Of a stretch of 64,000 nt of DNA, positions 55,181 to 64,000 are shown one piece after another. How positions within the stretch are numbered: the stretch's first letter is position 1; each line of letters opens with the position of its first letter. The position numbers and the translations under genes were made by a program. The notes under the pieces were generated by a model. The model was not told the origin of the DNA. It saw only the letters and a list, made by a program, of their open reading frames with translations, and searched no databases. The stretch lies in NCBI GenBank assembly GCA_951406725.2, contig OX597839.1:38750001-38814000 (forward strand), given 5' to 3'. Origin of the DNA: Octopus vulgaris. Lineage: Eukaryota.

Positions 55181-55895
55181 TCTTTTATCTTTTACTTGTT
55201 TCATTCATCAGACTGCAGCCATGCTGGGGCGCCCCCTTCAAGAATGTTAGCGGAATGGATCGACTGCGGGCCTTATATTTTTGCGCCTGGTACTTACTCT
55301 ATCGATTTCTTTTGCCCAACCGCTAATTTTCGGGGATGTAAGACACACCGACGCTGGTTGTCAAGCGGTGGTGGTGGGGACACACACACACACACACACA
55401 CACGCACGCACGCACACACACACACACACACACACTCATACACACACTCATACACATGTACGAAAGGCTTCCTTTAGTTTCCGTCCACCAAATTCACTCA
55501 CAAAGCTTTGATCGGTTCGAGGCTATCGTTGAAGACACTTGCCCAAGGTGCTACGCCATGGGACTGAACCCGAAACCATGCGGTTGGAACGTAATTTTCT
55601 TATCACACAGCCACGCCCATGAAGACACTTGCCCAAGGTGCTTCGCCATGGGACTGAACCCGAAACCATGCGGTTGGAACGCAATTTTCTTATCACACAG
55701 CCACGCCCATGAAGACACTTGCCCAAGGTGCTACGCCATGGGACTGAACCCGAAACCATGCGGTTGGAACGCAATTTTCTTATCACACAGCCACGCCCAT
55801 GAAGACACTTGCCCAAGGTGCTACGCCATGGGACTGAACCCGAAACCATGCGGTTGGAACGCAATTTTCTTATCACACAGCCACGCCCACGCCTG
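55181..55895 (-). mobile_element. Divergent SINE S1 with its 90-bp tRNA-like head amplified four times (55531-55890)
   Basis: Units start at 55531, 55621, 55711 and 55801 and are nearly identical. Confidence 0.93.
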
Positions 55896-56451
55896 CACGA
55901 CGGCTACAATTTGAAAGATGTCATGAAGACATTGCGGATGAAAGGAATCAAACCGTTTTTCGAATATGGAGAATCTAAATCGGAAGAAATTTAGCTTTAA
56001 GCTTGTTATCGATCGAATCACTCGGAACATTCTCGAAGAATTCCATAACATTACCGTCCCCCCTCCCCTCTTCTCCGATCCACCCCCCCCAATCCATTCC
56101 ATTCCATTTCCAGCGATCACTCTTCAACGTAACTGTCGTTTTGACTTGCTATCCTTATCTGATCAGTGATCACGTGATTCACAGTGAAAGTGAAAGTAAA
56201 ACGTAAAAAAAAAGAGGAAGAAAAAAAAGGAACGACAACGACGTAATAACGGCATCTGATTGGATAACATAAAAAAAGGAGATAACAGCAGAAAGGACAC
56301 TACCATCACTACAACTACTACTACTACTAACTACTACTACTAACTACTACTACAACCACCACCACTATCATCGCCTCCATCACCATCACTATAGCCGTCA
56401 CTCATAAGCAAGTATGACTTACTAGATTGTACCCCACATTCGCTAATTGTT

Positions 56452-56824
56452 CTTATTTCTTTATTAAACTGATTAAGTCGATTATATCGACTCCAGTACG
56501 TAACTGGTACTTAATTTATTGACCCCGAAAGGATGAAAGGCAAAGTCGACCTCGGCGGAATTTGAACTCAGAACGTAGAGACAGACGAAATACCAATTTC
56601 TTTACTACCCACAAGGGCTAAACACAGAGAGGACAAACAAGGACAGACAAACGGATCAAGTCGATTATATCGACCCCAGAGCGTAACTGGTACTTAATTT
56701 ATCGACCCCGAAAGGATGAAAGACAAAGTCGACCTCGTCGGAATTTGAACTCAGAACGTAGCGCAGACGAAATACGGCTATGCATTTCGCCCGGCGTGCT
56801 AATGTTTCTGCCAGCTCGGCGCCT
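56452..56824 (-). mobile_element. SINE S2 head-to-tail dimer
   Basis: Junction aaagaaatt|ggtatttcgtct on the minus strand near 56594. Confidence 0.88.
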
Positions 56825-57169
56825 TTTTTCTTTTTCGCTAATTGTTCTAGGTGCTTATGCAGTCGGCAGCAGAAATGAATGCCTCCTGCATCCATCGAGG
56901 AGGTCAGAGAATCACAACGACTTCCATTTACACTAAACTTTCCTTACACTAGAACCTGCGAAAGTCACACTATTTCATTGTCGCTAATGTGTGATATCTC
57001 ATCTAACACCGAGAAATATTCGCCGTCTGTGGTTCGAAGAAGACTCAGCGATTAATGATCAATGAAAAAGCGAACCTGATCACGCAGCACATCAACAAAC
57101 GATGAAGCCACTAAGAGGGATGCGGACAATCGTGGCTGCTAGTATCTACTCTACAACTTTCACGTACCT

Positions 57170-57590
57170 GTGGAGGCACATGGCTTAGTGGTAGGGTGTT
57201 AGAGCTGGCAGAAACGTTAGCACGCCGGGCGAAATGCGTAGCCGTATTTCGTCTGCTGCTACGTTCTGAGTTCAAATTCCGCCGAGGCTGACTTTGCCTT
57301 TCATCCTTTCGGGTCGATAAATAAAGTACCAGTTTCGCACTGGGGTCGATGTAATCGACTTAATACCTATGTCTGTCCTTGTTTGTCCCCTCTATGTTTA
57401 GCCCTTGTGGGTAATAAATAAATAGGTAGGGTGTTAGAATCATGATTGTAAGATTGTGGTTTCGTTTTCTGGACCGGGAAAGCGTTGTGTTCTTGATCAG
57501 AACACTCCATTTCACCTTGCCCCAGTCCACTTAGCTGGCAAAAACGGGTAATTCTGCGACAGACTAGTGTCCCATCCAAAGGGTAGCAGG
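57170..57590 (+). mobile_element. SINE S2 (about 57204-57424) nested in the head of SINE S3
   Basis: TSD ggtagggtgttaga at 57190-57203 and 57425-57438. Confidence 0.9.
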
Positions 57591-57688
57591 GAATATATAT
57601 TTTAGTAAGTAAAATTTGCGTCCATGACGGCATTTAGACATTATATCCATCTTCGAATTTAAATATCTGTCTTTTGGGTTAATATATG

Positions 57689-57746
<58 letters not shown>

Positions 57747-57899
57747 GACTCCAGGAAACTGGCTTAGGAAGGAACTGTGGAAGCATGTGGTTTAGTGGTT
57801 AAAGTGTTGTACTCGTGATCGGAAGATTGCGGTTTCGATTCCTGAACCGAGTGATGCGTTGTTCTTGAGAACACATACATACATACATTTATTTATTTA

Positions 57900-58180
57900 T
57901 GCGCCCTTTTCAAGCCAAGCCAGGCTCATAGGCCCGGTTTCTGTGGCGTATGTGTTGCCCCACCGCTGGACGGGACGCCAGTCCATCGCAGCGTTACTCA
58001 AGAAACAGGAAGAAAGAGTGAGAGAAAGTTGGGGCGAAAGAGTACAACAGGGATCACCACCACTCCCTGCCTGAGCCTCGTGGAGCTTTAGGAGTTTTCG
58101 CTCAATAAACACACACAACGCCCAGTCTGGGAATCGACCGTGAGTCCGTTGCCCTAACCACTGGGCCATTGCGACTCCAC
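57900..58180 (-). mobile_element. SINE S6
   Basis: Matches 33016-33290. Confidence 0.85.
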
Positions 58181-58489
58181 ATATACATACATACAAACAC
58201 ATATAAGTGAAAAGTTGACTACTTTTCTATTACTGGAATTTTCTTGCCAGACAGCAATTATTAGGTGCTCAGAGATACTCATCAATCCTAGTGTATCAAT
58301 AATATTAACGGCTTTATACGGTCCAACATACTAGAAACTTCCAGCTGGGTCTTAATATTTATATCCGATCAATCAACCGGGCGTTACGTCTTTATTGTCA
58401 TTTTAGTAAGTAACATTTGCGCTCATGATGGCATTTAGACATTATATCAATCTTAGAATTTAAATATCTGCCTTTTGGGTTAATATATG

Positions 58490-58536
<47 letters not shown>

Positions 58537-59070
58537 TTATATATAAATCTAAGGAAGAGATAAACTAAGAGAAAGAGAAAGAGAAAATGAAAACGACAGA
58601 GGAAAATAAAAGAGAACACCCACTCAAAACGCTACTTTATTCGACAGTGATATTTGGATTATGCTATACATAAAAACTGAATCAAATTTCCACGATCTGA
58701 TGTGTTAGCATCTCTTGCAATACTCGAGGCAAAATGGTCGAAACAGAATAGCTGTGGACGCCATGTTATTAGATATGTCATCTTCGTCTCTTCTTCTGAC
58801 CCTCCCTCTTTCCTTCTCTCTCTCTCTCTCTCTCATACACACACACACACACGCACACACGTATCTCTCTGTTAATCACCCGCCACATTCTGCTTCTCTA
58901 ATCCCGCTTTTATTCTTTCGTTTTTATCTTTCTCATCTATCGCATCAACCATGTTTGTGTGTGTATGTATGTACGAGCATATGATCGTATATTTGTGTGT
59001 ATGTGAGTGTGTATTTGATTATGCATGTGTACGTATCTGGACAGTTGTACATATACATACATACACCCAC

Positions 59071-59462
59071 AGCAATAAGCAAATACCCACATGCATACAT
59101 ACAAACATACATACATTACAAATATACAGATAGATACTTATACACGTATATACACGTGTATATACGTACACCCATAAGCAATAAGCAAATACCCACATGC
59201 ATACATACAAACATACATACATTACAAATATACAGATAGATACTTATACACGTATATACACGTGTATATACGTACACCCATAAGCAATAAGCAAATACCC
59301 ACATGCATACATACAAAGATACATACATTACAAATATACAGATAGATACTTATACACGTATATACACGTGTATATACGTGTATAAGTATCTGTATATATG
59401 TAATGTATGTGTGTATGTATGTATATATGTATCTGTGTATCTGCTTATTGCTTATGGGTGTA
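59071..59462. repeat. 106-bp tandem repeat (about 3 units) followed by an inverted partial unit
   Basis: agcaataagcaaatacccac at 59071, 59177 and 59283; 59380-59462 is a reverse-complement copy. Confidence 0.88.
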
Positions 59463-60001
59463 TGTATGTGTCTCTGTATTTGTATATTAGTGTTTATTTA
59501 TCTGTATGTGTACATACACACACACACATATGTGCGTATATGGGTTTCTATGTGTATGCATCTGTGTGTTTATATGTGTGTGCGTGTGTGTTTGTGTGTG
59601 TGTGAGTGTGTGTGTATGAATGTGTGTGTGTGTGTTTGTGTATATTCGAAGGCGATTACTGTTCAAAGCTTCCCTAAAACGGTTGAGAGTATTTATAAAT
59701 ATTTACTCTTTTCTCGCATTATTCGGTTTCTTTCCACCCACCTTTCTTCCCTTCTTTCTTTCTTTCTTTTCTTCCTTCCTTTCTTTCTTTCCTTCCTTCC
59801 ATCTTTCCCCCCTTCCTTCTTTCTTTCTTTCTTTCTTTCTTTCTCCCCGATCTCTCTCTCTCTGATACACACGTATACCCACACTCAAATACATTTGCTT
59901 TCATATTTACGAACGCGTATAACACACACATACACAAATATGTACATTGCATATCTATAACAGATGCATAGATATATACAACTATTAAATGCACACATAA
60001 T

Positions 60002-60032
<31 letters not shown>

Positions 60033-60108
60033 GCAGACACATATATATATACATATATGCATATAAAAATATGTATATACATATATTTATATATTCTTCT
60101 CTATATGC

Positions 60109-60225
<117 letters not shown>

Positions 60226-60557
60226 CACAAACTTGTATATATTTATTGCATACACATACACACATATATCAATATATACGCTCATACACATATGCGTGTA
60301 TACTTCTACCGACCTAGTCTTCGATGTGCGCTTTATGAATTCATTTAGTAACTACATACATGCACACACACACATACACACATACACACACACACATACA
60401 TTTGTACATCCACATACACGCAACTAAGTGTATATGCATTGATATACGTTGAAATATTCATTCATATATACACAGGTGAACATCCGTATGTACATAACAT
60501 TATTCATATGCATATGTGGGCGCCCGCACAGACACACACATACATTTATATATATGT

Positions 60558-60601
<44 letters not shown>

Positions 60602-60682
60602 CATGTGTATATATATATATATATATACACCACATATATATATATATATATATAGACACCACACACACACACACACACACAG

Positions 60683-60739
<57 letters not shown>

Positions 60740-60877
60740 TATAGATATATTCATATATATGCTTGTATATATATATGATCTATATATGTGAATATATAAA
60801 TACACACATTTGCGTGTACAAGTATATATGTTGAATATGTATAGATGCCTGTATGTATGAATGTGTATATATGTATG

Positions 60878-60944
<67 letters not shown>

Positions 60945-61466
60945 CATGCACATATTTCCATATGTATAGCCTCATGCATATATATGCATGCATATTTCGC
61001 AAATACGTATAACTGAGAATCAGAACTAGGCATATTATTACATTAAAGAATGTGTACAAACAGAGAAATATTCGAGAAACGCAGAGAAAGAAATCAAGAA
61101 GAGACCAAAGCCTAAAATGTTTTCACTAAAACGATTTCTCCCCGAAGCTACAATATCTTTTCAGACGTTTTAGTGCTTCGATTATCTTTTCCGCCATTTT
61201 CTGTCCAAATAATTTCCTCTCCATCTCTTTCTTATCTCCATCAAACTTCAAACCAACACCCCCCAACTTTTAATGGTCACCTCCCCCTATCTCTCTCTCT
61301 CTCTGGCATTTACCCTCCACACGTTTTCATCCTCCCACTCTCTCTCTCTTCCCCCGTTTTATTCACCACAGCATTAATAGCTCCGCTCACATTTTACTTT
61401 TAAGTACGATCTTACTGTTGTGTTTCCTCTGGCGGGAGGTTATTCATTCGTAAGAAAGATCCATTT

Positions 61467-61509
<43 letters not shown>

Positions 61510-61529
61510 CTACTAATAATAATGATAAT

Positions 61530-61692
61530 GGTTTCAAATTTTGGCACGAGGCCAGCAAGTTCAGGTGAGGAAGCCATTCGATTGCTCAATTGGTACTTAT
61601 TTTATATCAACCCTGAAGGATAAAAGGCAAAGTCGACTGCGACGGAATTTGAACTCAGAACGTAAAGTCAGACAATCCTGTTAGTTCGCCGT
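61530..61692 (-). mobile_element. SINE S2 variant
   Basis: S2 core. Confidence 0.75.
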
Positions 61693-61767
61693 CTTGTATA
61701 ATAGTAGTAGTAATAGCAGCAGCAGCAACAACAGGAGCAGCAGCAGCAACAGCAGCAGCAGCAGTAA

Positions 61768-61799
<32 letters not shown>

Positions 61800-61989
61800 A
61801 TGATAAAAGGAAGAAGAAAAAACAACAACGACAACAACGATAATAAATATAACAAAAGCAATGATGATGATGATGATGATGATGATGGTTATGATGATAA
61901 TGAGGATTTCTTTTATTTGCTACAGAAGCATCAAAGGTGGGGAGGATATTACAAGAATAGTTTACAATTTGTGTAATAACGCAATCCCT

Positions 61990-62340
61990 GAGTATGTTAG
62001 CATTAATAGCAGGCAACTACACCAAAACAAGTTACGAAGGAATTTGTACACAGTTCTGTTAATGTAAACGGAAGTGAGATTTATGAAAACGTATTCTACA
62101 TCTATCGGAAATGGGATCTCTCAAGTGGTCTTCCTTTCTCTCTTCTTTTTATACTTGGTGGTAAACCCTTTAATCACATTAAAGGGACTACAATCGGGAT
62201 GCAAACGTTATGAGAAAACCATAAAAGCATCTTTTGTGCATGGAGGACCCCAAGATGTACTCTGAAGACAATTAACAACTAGAAACACTGATACAGATAT
62301 ACCATGGTGTGAGATTTGGTTTTCAAAAGTGCGTCGGAGA
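61990..62340 (+). pseudogene. R4/Dong-like reverse transcriptase relic, highly decayed
   Basis: GISQ...LS....L..NPL, HLLCMEDPKMY and RFGFQKC resemble GIFQGDSLSP..NPL, HLLYMDDLKLY and FGLDKC. Confidence 0.6.
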
Positions 62341-62461
62341 ATAAAAATCACAAGCATTATGTCAGTTATGAGAATTAGACCAAAAACAGACTTATAAGTT
62401 AATTAGGAAAAAACCCAAGTAAACCATGAGAACAATAATAATAATAATAATAATATATTAA

Positions 62462-62788
62462 TAATGCCCTGGAAATGATAGCAAAATAGCAAAAGGGGCT
62501 GATTGCTACCTAACCATGAAACCTCAAAATGGTAGAAATTCAAAAGATAGTGCTCATGGGAACTGCTCATATCCTACGTAAAATACTTTCTATGTAATCT
62601 CAAGTTTTAAAAGAAACATAATTTTCCTATGGTTTCTTAAACATTCTCTAGAACAACACTATGTACAAAACCAAATATATGACACCCTAGGCATAACACC
62701 AACATGAGCTTCCAACTTGATGTCTCTTGAGGTCTCTGGGTGAGACTTGGAGCCAACTCGTACAAATATTAAGCAAAAGTCAAACATA

Positions 62789-62800
<12 letters not shown>
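62462..62800 (+). pseudogene. R4/Dong-like LINE 3' end in (AAT)n
   Basis: 62529-62597 encodes MVEIQKIVLMGTAHILRKILSM*; the 3' UTR runs into (AAT)n. Confidence 0.8.
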
Positions 62801-62845
<45 letters not shown>

Positions 62846-62967
62846 CCTACGCAGAACACTTTCCATACAATAACCATCAGAGCATCACAACAAATCACAG
62901 CACATACCCAAGGCACACAGAGCTGCGCTCGGTAGTGAAGTGAAAGCACGCTATAAAAATAAATCTA

Positions 62968-63038
<71 letters not shown>

Positions 63039-63521
63039 TCCAGTACGGAGGCGATTTTTTTCAACTAAACCCCTTCAAAGTGGTTCCCCAACATGGCCGC
63101 AGTCCAAGAATCGAGACAAGTAGAAGAGATAAAAGGACAAAAAGATGAAAAGCGAAAATTTATAAGTTGAGAAACATCAGCGAATGAACGGAAATTCATA
63201 ATAAATAATGGCGAAATTCTAAATGGAACGAGTTTTGAGAAAGAAAAGAAAGCAAGCTTCCCTAGCAGAAGCCAATAAAAACATCATAAGTGAACGAACC
63301 ATGCATAAATTATGGCCCTACAAAGAAAGAAGAAAAAAAAGGAAACGGCCACATTCAGAATGAATGAAGCTTTAACACAAACAACATACAATAGAAAGCC
63401 GTTAGACGGGGCTGTGGGGTTAAGGAGCTCGCTTCGCAGCCATGAGGTGTCGAGTTCCATCTTGGGCCTACTAACGCCTTGTAAATAAATTTATTTCACG
63501 GAATCTGTGTGAAAGCCATTC

Positions 63522-63568
<47 letters not shown>

Positions 63569-63572
63569 TCGT

Positions 63573-63604
<32 letters not shown>

Positions 63605-63639
63605 TCGTTCTTCCTTTCTTTCTTTCTTTCTTTCTTTTT

Positions 63640-63690
<51 letters not shown>

Positions 63691-63711
63691 CTCTCTCTCT
63701 CTCTCTCTCTG

Positions 63712-63756
<45 letters not shown>

Positions 63757-63847
63757 GAGAGATCACGAAAAAAAAAACAGAAGACGAAGGCAAGTGGTGT
63801 AGAAACCAAATGGATGTATTAGTATAACGCTCGGGAATTGAAAAAGT

Positions 63848-63883
63848 CTTTAACGTTTCGAGCCTACGCTCTTCTACAGAAAG
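63848..63883 (-). ncRNA. H1 hammerhead-like motif in element 63754-63945
   Basis: CTTT CTGTAGA A GAGC-gtag-GCTC GAAA CG TT AAAG; the element 3' end abuts (TA)n. Confidence 0.55.
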
Positions 63884-64000
63884 GGACACAGAAAGAAATA
63901 AGGAGAGAAAAAATGTGTGTAGTGGCTACCGATCTATTATTACGAATATATATATATATATGAAACGATGAATAGCTTCGCGTAAACCATTGGTTCGTTT

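Noticed and set aside
55531-55890. Regular repeat array that could suggest CRISPR or a repeat protein (ORF 55456-55914)
   Set aside because: There are no unique spacers, the units are SINE heads, and the context is eukaryotic.

Overview
Eukaryotic, AT-rich, microsatellite-saturated non-coding DNA. The SINE complement and repeat style suggest an octopus genome (inference). No intact host protein-coding gene is visible, and nearly all supplied ORFs are translations of (TA)n, (CA)n, (TACA)n, (AAT)n, (GAT)n or (GAA)n tracts. The unique-looking DNA is mostly tRNA-derived SINEs (at least 5 families, some nested or in tandem), R4/Dong-like and RTE-like LINE relics, mariner/Tc1 relics and one non-autonomous Helitron. 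The main hidden signal is a set of short elements, mostly (TA)n-anchored and often fold-back, that carry about 18 hammerhead ribozyme (HHR)-like motifs of the minimal Penelope (PLE) type. These include a canonical copy (51324-51366), a G3:C8 core-swap variant (47634-47687), recurrent A6U/C variants, and one motif fused behind a tRNA-derived head. Two families appear to encode NON-circularly permuted (pseudoknotted) hammerheads, one with clear covariation between copies (8828-8890 vs 38028-38091). All structures were paired by eye, element boundaries are approximate, and no activity is shown.
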